Source: Promethearchaeum syntrophicum (lineage in GTDB: Archaea > Asgardarchaeota > Lokiarchaeia > Sigyniarchaeales > Promethearchaeaceae). From it: a stretch of DNA of 32,000 bases. A program made the translations under genes and the position numbers. Of this stretch, positions 1 to 9,370 are shown piece after piece (within the stretch, counting starts at the first letter, position 1; each line of letters opens with the position of its first letter). The stretch lies in the NCBI RefSeq assembly GCF_008000775.2, contig NZ_CP042905.2, forward strand, positions 750,001 through 782,000. The letters are read 5' to 3'. Under the pieces are notes generated by a model. The model saw only the letters and a program-made list of their open reading frames with translations. It did not search any database and had not been told where the DNA came from.

Positions 1-2
1 TA

Positions 3-329
3 ATCTTTGAAACCGTTCGAGAGAAAAGTTTTCCTCATCTCATCTCAAGATGGGGATGTATTTGGCTAATTCCGTCGAAAAAAGGTATCGGATTCTGGAT
101 TAAAAAACTTGGAATTGCAGATTTAAGTCAATGTAGGATATATAAAGTAAAATGCACGGGAGAAATACATCGAGGACATGAGAAGCATTTACAGGTAGAA
201 TCCATGTCAGTTCCGAATTTTGAAGAAAATGCGATAAAATATTGGACTGGCGGGGGAAAAGACTCATCATATAATGATGAGGTAATTTTCTGGGGAAACG
301 TAGAATTCATTGAAATTATCGATTATTAG
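3..329 (+). CDS. C-terminal part of an uncharacterised protein, truncated at the window's left edge
   Basis: My own translation: frame 3 is open from base 3 to TAG at 327-329, ending ...KVKCTGEIHRGHEKHLQVESMSVPNFEENAIKYWTGGGKDSSYNDEVIFWGNVEFIEIIDY*. Absent from the ORF track because its start lies outside the window. It overlaps the antisense ORF 128-310. Confidence 0.5.
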   Translation: MFETVREKSFPHLISRWGCIWLIPSKKGIGFWIKKLGIADLSQCRIYKVKCTGEIHRGHEKHLQVESMSVPNFEENAIKYWTGGGKDSSYNDEVIFWGNVEFIEIIDY

Positions 330-516
330 AATTCATTCATCAGTTGGAATATTCTTATAGGAAACATTTGTTTTGTTAATTTCCACAAAATGCTAAATAA
401 AAATGGAAAAAAGAATTGCTTAGATTGATTTTTTTTAGAAATTAGATTGTTGAATTATTATTAAATAAATAAGGAATTATCTTAAATTTATATATGGAGA
501 ATGTCTAGAAATTCTT

Positions 517-1209
517 GTGGTATTTGATCAAACGAAAGATTTCTTTCAAAGATATTATCTTCAATATTGGATAACCAAAGCAGAAAGCTTATATTATCAA
601 TTGAACAATATAAAAAAATTTTCAACTTTCTTCGATGAAAATGAATATTTCAAAGAAGCTGAATCACCCGAAAAACCATTACAAAATATGATTACTTTCG
701 ATTTACATTTCCTAAAATTTCAAATAATAGAGGCACTCTTTAGCTTGATTTTTGCTTTAGAAACCTCAAATGAAGAAGAAATATGGTTTAATTTATCTAT
801 TCCTAATGAGATTTCAAAAAGAAATTTCAAACTGTATGATCGAATTGCTTCTTTTAAATCTAAAGGAGAATTATTCACATATTTAAGAAAAGAAAATTGT
901 ATTCAGGATCAACAAATAGAATTTTGGAAGGTGTTATTCTTTCAAAATGAAAATGAAATTCAAGAAGAAAAAAAGGTATTCGAGAATATTTTACGAATTT
1001 TATGGTCTTTTAGGAACCAATTTAAAGACAGAGGTGATTACAACGCATTCAAACATGGTTTAAGGTGTATGGGATCTTCTATATACTTATCTTGGGCAAA
1101 GGAAGAACAATATGGAATTCCACCTCCAAACTTTAAAGAAAAGTTACAACCTTTGGGATATGCTGAAAACGTGATAACATTTTTTAAAAGGAACTCACAG
1201 ATTATATAA
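517..1209 (+). CDS. Uncharacterised, helix-rich protein; weak HEPN-like C-terminal signature (RGDYNAFKHGLR)
   Basis: 230-aa ORF with an AT-rich TATA-like stretch (aatttatatatgg) just upstream and an alpha-helical composition. No confident family assignment. Confidence 0.65.
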   Translation: MVFDQTKDFFQRYYLQYWITKAESLYYQLNNIKKFSTFFDENEYFKEAESPEKPLQNMITFDLHFLKFQIIEALFSLIFALETSNEEEIWFNLSIPNEISKRNFKLYDRIASFKSKGELFTYLRKENCIQDQQIEFWKVLFFQNENEIQEEKKVFENILRILWSFRNQFKDRGDYNAFKHGLRCMGSSIYLSWAKEEQYGIPPPNFKEKLQPLGYAENVITFFKRNSQII

Positions 1210-1243
1210 TGATCTGGGTATTAAAATACCTCAGACAAAAGAT

Positions 1244-3877
1244 GTGCTTGGAAACACGGTATATTTAATGAAAGATGACGAAATCGAATTAAAAATGACT
1301 GCACATGTTGGAATTCTGCGGTTATTAATACCCCAGAAATTTAGTACATTACCTTGGTCTCAAGAATTATATGCTGGAGAAATGGGTTTTAGTACACAAT
1401 GGATGATGAAATTCGGATTCGCTCTTCCTAAGCAATCTCCCACAATACATGAACAAGTGATTTCGAGTAAAATTAATCATGAAATAAAGGTTAGATGGGC
1501 AGAAGATACGATGGTTGGTACTATCCAGACCGTAACAATGGCTCAGAGAATGTTCAAAGGATTTGCCGGAAGTGAGACATTTATAGATATTCTAGAAAAT
1601 TTCTTTAAGAAATCTCAGATCGGTAAGATGGAACAATTCCTTACTCGTCATTCCAGATTCGATAAGGTTTTGAAAACATTAGAAGTATTAAAAAAAGCAA
1701 GTGATTTATTTGAGGGTGATTTTATCGAAGATATAGTGAAAGAGATGTTCTATATTTCTCATTTGCGTAAATATAAATTTCAAAACAAAAATGCTGAAAT
1801 TTGGTTTAAAGATAACTGGAGACTTTTAGTAACCGATGAAAGCATCCGAAATAGTTTTATTTCTTTGGTTTATAATTCATTAGAAATATGGGAGAAAGAA
1901 AACCATAACACAATATATGGATTTTTCAGACAAGGGGGCGGTAGGAGGAGTCTCACCAAGAATTCGTTTATATATACATTTTCTACCAATATGAGGAAAA
2001 TTCAAGATATAATAAATATTCAAGGTAATCGTCCTCTCGCCTTCCCTATTATTAATTATCAACAATATAACGCCAAAGGTGAATATACAGGATATACAGG
2101 TAATGATTACAAAGCCAAATATCGTCATATATTGAATGCATATGCTTTATCGATGTTAGGATCTTCAAGTCGTACTTCCCAATGGCATTCAAATGAATTT
2201 GAAGTTATGTCAAATGAAAGATTAACAGATATAATGCGTTCAGATGACAGCGAAAAGGAATTTAAGATGTATGAAGTTCTAATGATGGAATCTTTGACTC
2301 GGTTTCTAGTCAATACGTTCTTTGGAGGTGATATAAGTAACTTCAACAATTTCAACTATAAAGTAGCTAATACTGGCGATCCTCTCCACCCAGAAAACGA
2401 TATTATATCCCCCCCTATCTATAACCCTGACCATAACAATGCTGATTTTCGAGAATTAAGTTGGCTTTCCGATCATCTACGAAAAGATTCCAGAATCTAT
2501 ATTGGTCCTCGAGTGATTGACCTAAAACAGACTGGTACAAGAATTGATGAACTCGGAATGTTAATTCCGTATGATATTGTTAAAGATTCATTTTCGGAAT
2601 CTGCTATTGTTTTTGGAAACAATGCATATAAGGATGAAAATGGTAATTGGGTTTTCGTAAATAATGATTTACGCTCGGATTCAGTAGTACTTCTTTCCCT
2701 TCAAAAAATGGGAACAACAGCATTGAAGTATTTTGAACGGGAAGCAGCTGAATGGGATGGAAAGAATACTAAAAAGATGGCAGGAGACTTTATCCGCTTT
2801 TTGGGTCAAATGTATGGTACCGATTGTTTAAAATCCGTCTACATTGAAAATGCTGGAATGACGACCGCTTCTTATTTAAAATACAAACCTTTTGATATAA
2901 TAGGTTTACGAGCTAAAATTCATGCGCCTACTGTTTGTATCGTTCCAAATGCAAAAATGACTCCCAAAGTAAAAGCGGCCATCAAAAATGAAATAGTAAA
3001 CAGAAACTTACCATCTAATACTAGAGGTTATGCTTTAGCCCAGATTTTTGAATATGATGGATCCGGACTTGATTCTATAGTGACAATCGCCGATTATTAC
3101 AGAAAAATAATATCTCATGGAAATCCAGGGGATTTTGATGGTGATGGCAATGTTGATGGGCAATTTAGTGTGATTATGGACCACGATGAACGAATACTGT
3201 TTGATCGAGCTAGGCTTATGGCAGCAGAGCAAGGATTGAAGTTTGATGGAAGCGATAGGGATTTGGTTGGTCTTAAGGGCTTTATCAATTACATCCGTCA
3301 AATAGATTTCACTGTTTCTGATTTCACTGGAAGATTAGGTCTAGTAGAATCTCAAGCTAAAATTATCGTGGAAGCTTACGGTTTGGATTGGGCGGATGGA
3401 GAAACAGGAAATGCAATTTGGGATAAATCGGTCGTCGATTCGTGGTACACAGACTTGGATCATTCGACGACATACTACGAAGGAGGTAATCCATCCTCGC
3501 ATTGGTCTCATTTTGCTTTCAAGATGTTTTACGAGCACATGGCTTCTACAAGCGGCCAAATCCACCTTTTGTTTAATCCGGTACAATGGGCTAATTGGTT
3601 GGAGAAATATAAAATAGATCACCCCAATGCAAATATTCCAGAACAACCATTCTTCTATGCAAGTGATACAACATGGACAGATCCACAATCTTGGAATCCC
3701 GAAATATCATATTCCGAATTTCCAGTAATGAGTTATTTTAATATGCAGTTTATGGACATTGTGAATGATCGCATTACTCTGCATAGATTTGTCTCGAATT
3801 CACCTCATGTTGATGATTTGATGTCTTTGCTTTTATATCTTTATAATTTACAATGGCGCCCAGATGATTGGATTTAA
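1244..3877 (+). CDS. Large uncharacterised protein with an internal EF-hand/dockerin-like acidic loop (GDFDGDGNVDGQ)
   Basis: 877-aa ORF starting at GTG with no stop codons. The frame is open upstream to 1178, so the start is uncertain. Confidence 0.8.
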   Translation: MLGNTVYLMKDDEIELKMTAHVGILRLLIPQKFSTLPWSQELYAGEMGFSTQWMMKFGFALPKQSPTIHEQVISSKINHEIKVRWAEDTMVGTIQTVTMAQRMFKGFAGSETFIDILENFFKKSQIGKMEQFLTRHSRFDKVLKTLEVLKKASDLFEGDFIEDIVKEMFYISHLRKYKFQNKNAEIWFKDNWRLLVTDESIRNSFISLVYNSLEIWEKENHNTIYGFFRQGGGRRSLTKNSFIYTFSTNMRKIQDIINIQGNRPLAFPIINYQQYNAKGEYTGYTGNDYKAKYRHILNAYALSMLGSSSRTSQWHSNEFEVMSNERLTDIMRSDDSEKEFKMYEVLMMESLTRFLVNTFFGGDISNFNNFNYKVANTGDPLHPENDIISPPIYNPDHNNADFRELSWLSDHLRKDSRIYIGPRVIDLKQTGTRIDELGMLIPYDIVKDSFSESAIVFGNNAYKDENGNWVFVNNDLRSDSVVLLSLQKMGTTALKYFEREAAEWDGKNTKKMAGDFIRFLGQMYGTDCLKSVYIENAGMTTASYLKYKPFDIIGLRAKIHAPTVCIVPNAKMTPKVKAAIKNEIVNRNLPSNTRGYALAQIFEYDGSGLDSIVTIADYYRKIISHGNPGDFDGDGNVDGQFSVIMDHDERILFDRARLMAAEQGLKFDGSDRDLVGLKGFINYIRQIDFTVSDFTGRLGLVESQAKIIVEAYGLDWADGETGNAIWDKSVVDSWYTDLDHSTTYYEGGNPSSHWSHFAFKMFYEHMASTSGQIHLLFNPVQWANWLEKYKIDHPNANIPEQPFFYASDTTWTDPQSWNPEISYSEFPVMSYFNMQFMDIVNDRITLHRFVSNSPHVDDLMSLLLYLYNLQWRPDDWI

Positions 3878-4012
3878 CTGGACCTTCTTCTTTCATCTTT
3901 TTTTGATATTTTATTCATCCCAAGGTCTCTCCATTCATTTATATACCCAATTTTTTTTAATTTTTATATCGCAATTGAAACATAAAATATTGGAAGGATT
4001 GTTAACAAGAAA

Positions 4013-5296
4013 ATGTCGTTGAAACACTATGAAGTTCGGTTCAAAAATCTGGATGGAAAAATGATCACCAGACAGATCAGACATATTGATGGATACGAGA
4101 ATGGATCTGGACCTGTATTAAATTTATCAAGTGTGGGTGATGAGCAAGTTTCATCATTCGACGATATACCCCATTTTTATGAAATTGCGCCGTATTTAAG
4201 AGAATTTAGTATTCTTTCGCCTCTTTCGGGAAAAATCAATCTCGGTATTTTTAAAAAAATTCATAAACTTAGTTTCCATAGTTCTCGATGCGAAATCGAA
4301 GGACTGGGAGATCTTAATAATCTCGAATACCTCGATCTATCGTATACACGCTTTAAAAAGATAGAAGGATTGGATCGATTGAAAAAACTCCGTAGACTCA
4401 ACTTATCTAATGCAAATCTTAATAAAATTCCCATCTTGGGGGATTTAAAAAAATTGGATAGACTTGATCTATCTCACAACCAAATAGCCAAAATTGAAGG
4501 GTTGGATGATCTGGATAATTTAGAAATGTTAGATTTATCCCGTAACAAAATATCAAACATTGATGGATTGAATGGTTTAAAAATTTTAAAAAGCTTGAAC
4601 TTATCTCACAACCAAATCCTGAAAATTGAAGGCATTAACGTATTAAAAAAATTAAAATTTCTATATTTCTCCCATAATCAAATTTCCATAATTGAAAACG
4701 TTAATGGAATAAATAACCTTAGCAAAATTTCATTTTCCGATTCTAAACTTAAATCTATCGCAGGAATCAAAAATCTTCCAAATTTAAATTCATTAAATAT
4801 AACCAATACAAATGTTTCATCCCTTGAACCTTTGTTAAAATGTAAAAAAATTAGTTCAATCCTTGCTGAAAACTGTCCCATCCGCTCACTTCATGGTATC
4901 AAGAACGATTCAGATCAACTACAATATTTACTCATCAGCCCCGAAAACTTATGTCCGACCGGTAGTCAATTATATAAAGCAACCATCTCCAATAACTCGA
5001 GTATACGAAACCTCGATATTCATGAAATTACCGCGCTTCTCGAATTCTACCGTCGTTCCGTAACAGATTTAGCCCTTCAACATGCTCATCACTACACCCA
5101 ACAACCTTTAACCGAGCATGAATCTGAACGTCTAATCCATGAAGCAACCCAAAAAGAGCGTAAAATACTCGAAGATGCTGTTACCATAAACCTTCTGCCC
5201 AATAATGATGTTATCCTTTCAAATATTACCGAACGCTTCAGTGTCTATATTAAAAATGGCGAAAGTACTGAAAAAAACTTTAGAATTTTGTTATAA
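4013..5296 (+). CDS. Leucine-rich-repeat protein (22-aa SDS22-like repeats) with a conserved C-terminal module
   Basis: Tandem repeats such as LKKLDRLDLSHNQIAKIEGLDDLDNLEMLDLSRNKISNIDGLNGLKILKSLNLSHNQILKIEG, then a non-LRR C-terminal region ENLCPTG...LEFYRRSVTDLALQHAHHYTQQPLTEHESERLIHEAT. Confidence 0.93.
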   Translation: MSLKHYEVRFKNLDGKMITRQIRHIDGYENGSGPVLNLSSVGDEQVSSFDDIPHFYEIAPYLREFSILSPLSGKINLGIFKKIHKLSFHSSRCEIEGLGDLNNLEYLDLSYTRFKKIEGLDRLKKLRRLNLSNANLNKIPILGDLKKLDRLDLSHNQIAKIEGLDDLDNLEMLDLSRNKISNIDGLNGLKILKSLNLSHNQILKIEGINVLKKLKFLYFSHNQISIIENVNGINNLSKISFSDSKLKSIAGIKNLPNLNSLNITNTNVSSLEPLLKCKKISSILAENCPIRSLHGIKNDSDQLQYLLISPENLCPTGSQLYKATISNNSSIRNLDIHEITALLEFYRRSVTDLALQHAHHYTQQPLTEHESERLIHEATQKERKILEDAVTINLLPNNDVILSNITERFSVYIKNGESTEKNFRILL

Positions 5297-5451
5297 AATT
5301 AAATAATGCCAAAACATAAATGATATCAAAAGATAAATATTAAAAAAAGACACCTCCCAGACAAAATGAAAAAATTGAAAATATAAAGATAAATGTCAAA
5401 CTATTCTTTTTGTGAAATAATTCATCCCATTTTCAAAAATAATGAAGTATA

Positions 5452-5817
5452 TTATATGTTTTGCATATCTTCAAGAAATTCTGGTTTAATATAGCGATGG
5501 TTTTGAAGCCAGTTAGTTTGAGTGCGAGTATAGCGCCAAATGATATGAGCTTTTGGATCTTTGTCTTTTCTTACTGTCATATCCGCCCAAGGCATGATTA
5601 AGACAACGTCACCAACTCTTACCCACATCCTCTTTTTGATTTTACCTCGAATAAGACCCAGATATGTTTTCCTATCTTCTGCTTTGATTTGCATATGCTC
5701 TCCTCCATATATCTCTGTGCAAACTCCTAATAATTCATCATTTCTGTAATTGGGGATTCGAGGTCGCTTAGTAACTTCCGTTTGATTGCGTCTTCTATTT
5801 TTTGGCATTTTTTTCAT
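5452..5817 (-). CDS. eif1A: Translation initiation factor aIF-1A (S1/OB fold)
   Basis: Characteristic sequence: basic N-terminus, ELLGVCTEIYGGEHMQIKAEDRKTYLGLIRGKIKKRMWVRVGDVVLI, IIWRYTRTQTNWL. Confidence 0.95.
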   Translation of the reverse strand: MKKMPKNRRRNQTEVTKRPRIPNYRNDELLGVCTEIYGGEHMQIKAEDRKTYLGLIRGKIKKRMWVRVGDVVLIMPWADMTVRKDKDPKAHIIWRYTRTQTNWLQNHRYIKPEFLEDMQNI

Positions 5818-6041
5818 ACCTTTCTAATTCCAAAACTCCGTGATTAGGTATGGTAATTTAATCAAGCTGAAATGGATATTAATATTTTAAAATGGATATT
5901 AACAATTTAATTTTTCTATTTAGTGGTTTATAGTCTTTAAAAAGCAAAATTTTTTTTACTTAAAATACTTAAGTTAATCACTCCCTTTTTCTAACCATTA
6001 TTATGAAAAAAAGGGATTTTAGGAAAAATTAGGTAAATTTT

Positions 6042-6821
6042 ATGTCCTCAGATCAATCCCCCCTTGTTGATAAAGAAATTAAAACAACAATTTTCGCCGT
6101 TAGAACAACTATCGGCCAAGAAAAAAGCGTACTCCAAAATATTTTCAATAGGCTTCGCGTATTAAATCCTTTCCCTGATCTTAAAGCATTAATGATTGCT
6201 GAAGAATTAAGGGGATATGTTTTTATTGAAGCTATTCATCAAAGAGATGTAATGATTACAATTGCTGGATTAAGGCATATCAAAGGAAAAATAGTTGGTT
6301 CAATTAACCTTGAATCTATTTCTCATGTAATATCTCCAAGAAAAGTAACTGAAATCTTAGAAGAAGGTGATCAGGTTGAAATTATATCAGGTGTCTTTCA
6401 AAATCAAAGAGCCCAAGTAATTAGAATGCCTAAAGAAGGTGCTCGTGAGGAAGTAAATCTTAGACTTTTAAATTCAGATTCAGCAATTTCAATAAAAATT
6501 CACGGAGATTTTCTAAAATTAGTTCAGAAAGGTGAGAAACACACTGAGGAATATATTATTAAAGATATGAGTGCTCTTGAACAACCTCAAACATCTATTG
6601 GTGAAAACCAAGGAGATGATTCAGAGAGTATTATCTCAGTTTCAGAAGGATTTGCTCCTAAAGAAAGTGGTTCCGAAGAAGATCTTTTTACTTTCGGAGA
6701 AGAGCCTGGAGATACTAGTGAAGTTCAAGAAGATTTAGATATTGAGAGGAAAAAGAAGAAAAAGATCGAAACCGACGATGAAGACGAAGAAGAAGATGAA
6801 TGGTCCAAATTCACTTTCTAA
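6042..6821 (+). CDS. spt5: Transcription elongation factor Spt5 (NusG NGN domain plus KOW) with a long acidic/lysine C-terminal tail
   Basis: NGN-like IFAVRTTIGQEKSVLQNIFNRL...ALMIAEELRGYVFIEA...LRHIKGKIVG, KOW-like EILEEGDQVEIISGVFQNQRAQVIRM, then about 90 low-complexity acidic residues including KKKKKIETDDEDEEEDEW. Confidence 0.93.
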   Translation: MSSDQSPLVDKEIKTTIFAVRTTIGQEKSVLQNIFNRLRVLNPFPDLKALMIAEELRGYVFIEAIHQRDVMITIAGLRHIKGKIVGSINLESISHVISPRKVTEILEEGDQVEIISGVFQNQRAQVIRMPKEGAREEVNLRLLNSDSAISIKIHGDFLKLVQKGEKHTEEYIIKDMSALEQPQTSIGENQGDDSESIISVSEGFAPKESGSEEDLFTFGEEPGDTSEVQEDLDIERKKKKKIETDDEDEEEDEWSKFTF

Positions 6822-6857
6822 TCTCCATTTTTTTAAAACAATAGTGAGCTGAAAATT

Positions 6858-7988
6858 TTGCACGGATTTTTCTACATTGCTTTATTTGACTCTGATAATG
6901 GTAAATGCTTAATAGATTTCAAAGATTTAACCTTTACAAAAACAATTTATGATTTTGATTATAATAAGATTTTATCTGATCAAGGAATTTCCTATGATGA
7001 TTTAAATAATAATGAAGAAATCATAAATTTAAAGATTGAACTTGAAGATTTGGGGCATAGTTTTGTATATACGTTTGTTAAAGTAGAAAAATATCACTTA
7101 ATGGTTGTTACTGATTCTGTCTATTCAAAATTGAATCCTTTACTTGAGAAAGCTATTATTGAATTTGACCAAGAAATTGACTTTGATGAAGAAAACCAAG
7201 AAGAAAATCAGATTGAAAGCGAAATAATAGAGAATAAAATTACTTCTTTAGCTATTGAGAATTTTAGTCGGAATTTTTCTGAGTATTTATTCCCTGATTT
7301 TTTAATTCCAGAACGAAAAAACAATATTGAAAAAGAAGGAGAAGAACAAGAAGTAAAACAAGATCTAAATGAGTATCTAAAAAGTAAAAATATAAACCAA
7401 GATTTATTCAATAAAATTGATGGAACATGGTCTATTGAAGAATTTTCAGAAGAAATGGAAATTGATCTAAATAAAATTCATGAAGAATTTTTTAATATGT
7501 GGGTAAATAATCTAATTTATTTTAGATTTAAGTATTATAATTGGGATACCTTAGAACAAACAGAAAATGCTAAATTTTATTTAGAAGATGGGACTCCTGA
7601 GAATCTTTCATTAATTAATAAATATAATTCTGCGAAAATAATTAAAATATTACAAATTATAAATTCAGGGATAACTTTTAAAAAATTGCATGATCAAAGC
7701 ACAATTACTAAACTTCGGCTTGAAAAATATATTACCGAATTAATTTATAGAGATGTAATTCAAAAAAGGAAAGTTATACCCACAATCAAACACATTTCTG
7801 AAGATTTGATACCCTTATTAACGCTACAAGGTTTTACTAAAAATGATTTTCAGTTATTAGAATATTTAGAAGAAAATTTTCGGAATGAGAAAGATTTAGG
7901 GGAAGTAGCTTTAAAAATTCAGATTGATCCAAAGAGAATAAGAGATATTATTAGCAAAGTTGAAACAGCTATCTCAGTAATGAATTGA
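6858..7988 (+). CDS. Uncharacterised protein; N-terminus possibly longin/profilin-like, C-terminus possibly winged-helix-like
   Basis: 376-aa ORF, 36 bp downstream of spt5, TTG start. N-terminal pattern FFYIALFDSDNGKCL...SFVYTFVKVEKYHLMVVTDSVYSKLNPLLEKAI resembles longin-type folds. Family not certain. Confidence 0.8.
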   Translation: MHGFFYIALFDSDNGKCLIDFKDLTFTKTIYDFDYNKILSDQGISYDDLNNNEEIINLKIELEDLGHSFVYTFVKVEKYHLMVVTDSVYSKLNPLLEKAIIEFDQEIDFDEENQEENQIESEIIENKITSLAIENFSRNFSEYLFPDFLIPERKNNIEKEGEEQEVKQDLNEYLKSKNINQDLFNKIDGTWSIEEFSEEMEIDLNKIHEEFFNMWVNNLIYFRFKYYNWDTLEQTENAKFYLEDGTPENLSLINKYNSAKIIKILQIINSGITFKKLHDQSTITKLRLEKYITELIYRDVIQKRKVIPTIKHISEDLIPLLTLQGFTKNDFQLLEYLEENFRNEKDLGEVALKIQIDPKRIRDIISKVETAISVMN

Positions 7989-7989
7989 T

Positions 7990-8955
7990 TTAAAAAATAT
8001 CAAACAACTTACATATAAATATAACCACAGCAGTTAAATCGGCAGTGGTTCCAGGATTTAGTTTTCCATTTTTACTATTCAAATAATTATTCAGCTTAGA
8101 AATTAAAATATTCCCTATTCTGGTTTGTTTCATTTTATGTTTTTGTATTTTTTGGGCTTTTTTTTGGATTTTTAATGCGGTAGTGAGATTATTTTTACGA
8201 TATATTAAAGAATCAGGTTCTAGTGATAAAATTTTTAGAAAAATGGCAATAATTCGTTCGGATTTTGATTCAAAATTATCAAGCTCTGGAATTACCCAAT
8301 TTTTTATTAAATTTCTACAAAAATTAAAATTATCCCTATATTGGCGAGCGATTAAATCGAATTCGGCACTTTCAGAGAAAAGATCTTTTAATGTTTTATT
8401 ACGCCTTCTAATTTTTTGTTCTATCTCTGGATCCAAGAGGTTATATAATGATTTTAGTGGTTTTCCACCAGGGTTTTTTAATCCCCCTGCTTTTGATAAT
8501 TTAATCGCTCTAGTTAGCCATATTCCATCTGACACTGAGGCAGAATTGATAATTTCTTCAGTTTCATCCCAAAATTTGTCCCACTTTCTAATTTTGGATT
8601 CTAGAGGGCAATCTACGATTCTTTTTGATGCAAAAACAAGTGGAGAATATAATAGAATATGACCTAAAAGCAAATTTTCGTGGGGTGAAATTTCCATCAT
8701 TGATTTCACAGCATTATAAATGAATTCCCCAATTGATTTTTTATTTGATTTATTCTTGAAATATCTTAAATTTGCTTTTTTTATTTCGTTAGAAACGTTT
8801 TTGAAAGATTCAAATGATATTCCCTTTAATTTTTGACTCGGTCCGATATTTCCTGGTTTATCTGTTGAAAATTCTAAAAAACTTGCCTCATCCATTATAT
8901 TAATTACGTTTGTCATGGATCTTGGTTGAAAAATTAGATCGTTTATATCTTTCAT
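7990..8955 (-). CDS. CitG/MdcB-like (triphosphoribosyl-dephospho-CoA synthase) family protein
   Basis: Family-like motifs EASFLEFSTDKPGNIG, HENLLLGHILLYSPLV, and C-terminal NPGTTADLTAVVIFI. Confidence 0.82.
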   Translation of the reverse strand: MKDINDLIFQPRSMTNVINIMDEASFLEFSTDKPGNIGPSQKLKGISFESFKNVSNEIKKANLRYFKNKSNKKSIGEFIYNAVKSMMEISPHENLLLGHILLYSPLVFASKRIVDCPLESKIRKWDKFWDETEEIINSASVSDGIWLTRAIKLSKAGGLKNPGGKPLKSLYNLLDPEIEQKIRRRNKTLKDLFSESAEFDLIARQYRDNFNFCRNLIKNWVIPELDNFESKSERIIAIFLKILSLEPDSLIYRKNNLTTALKIQKKAQKIQKHKMKQTRIGNILISKLNNYLNSKNGKLNPGTTADLTAVVIFICKLFDIF

Positions 8956-8998
8956 CTTCTTGAGTAATGGGAAAAAAAATAAATAACTAATAGGTTTT

Positions 8999-9298
8999 CT
9001 ATCGTTCCATTATCATATAGCCTTGTTTTCCTTCATTAAGCATGGAAATTAACCTAAAATCATTTTTTAAATCTGATTGGTAAAGAAATCTATTTAATCT
9101 TAGTTTAAACATTTTTTTTGATATCGATTCTGGTAATTCAAAATTTACTTTATTTCCATCCTTGGAAACATCCTTAACTTTCATGTTATCAGAAATGAAT
9201 TGAATCATCTGATCAATGTATTTTTCTTGTGATATGGATAATTTACTTACATTTACTTCAAAAACATGAGTTGGTTCTTTTTTTTTCTTTCGAGCCAT
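8999..9298 (-). CDS. Ribosomal protein eL22 (L22e)-like
   Basis: 99 aa; matches the eL22 layout: basic N-terminus, FEVNVSKLSISQEKYIDQMIQFISDNMKVKDVSKDGNKVNFELPESISKKMFKLRLNRFLYQSDLKNDFRLISMLNEGKQGYMI. Compare eukaryotic F.LD......D......F..FL.ERIKV...........SK+.LK......L....LR......ESY. Confidence 0.7.
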   Translation of the reverse strand: MARKKKKEPTHVFEVNVSKLSISQEKYIDQMIQFISDNMKVKDVSKDGNKVNFELPESISKKMFKLRLNRFLYQSDLKNDFRLISMLNEGKQGYMIMER

Positions 9299-9370
9299 AA
9301 ATAGTCACTATATTTTTTATAATAACTCTCAAAATAAAGGAAAAAAAATAAAATTTTCGATTTTTCGAAT

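Noticed and set aside
128-310. Minus-strand 60-aa ORF
   Set aside because: Overlaps the longer open plus-strand partial CDS (3-329) and shows no conserved feature.
1880-3688. Minus-strand ORFs 1880-2128, 2125-2355, 3035-3301 and 3341-3688, plus 3396-3617 (+)
   Set aside because: All lie within the long 877-aa ORF in other frames and lack supporting motifs.
8183-8662. Plus-strand 159-aa ORF opposite the CitG-like gene
   Set aside because: Complement of a family-matched CDS; serine/leucine-rich shadow translation.
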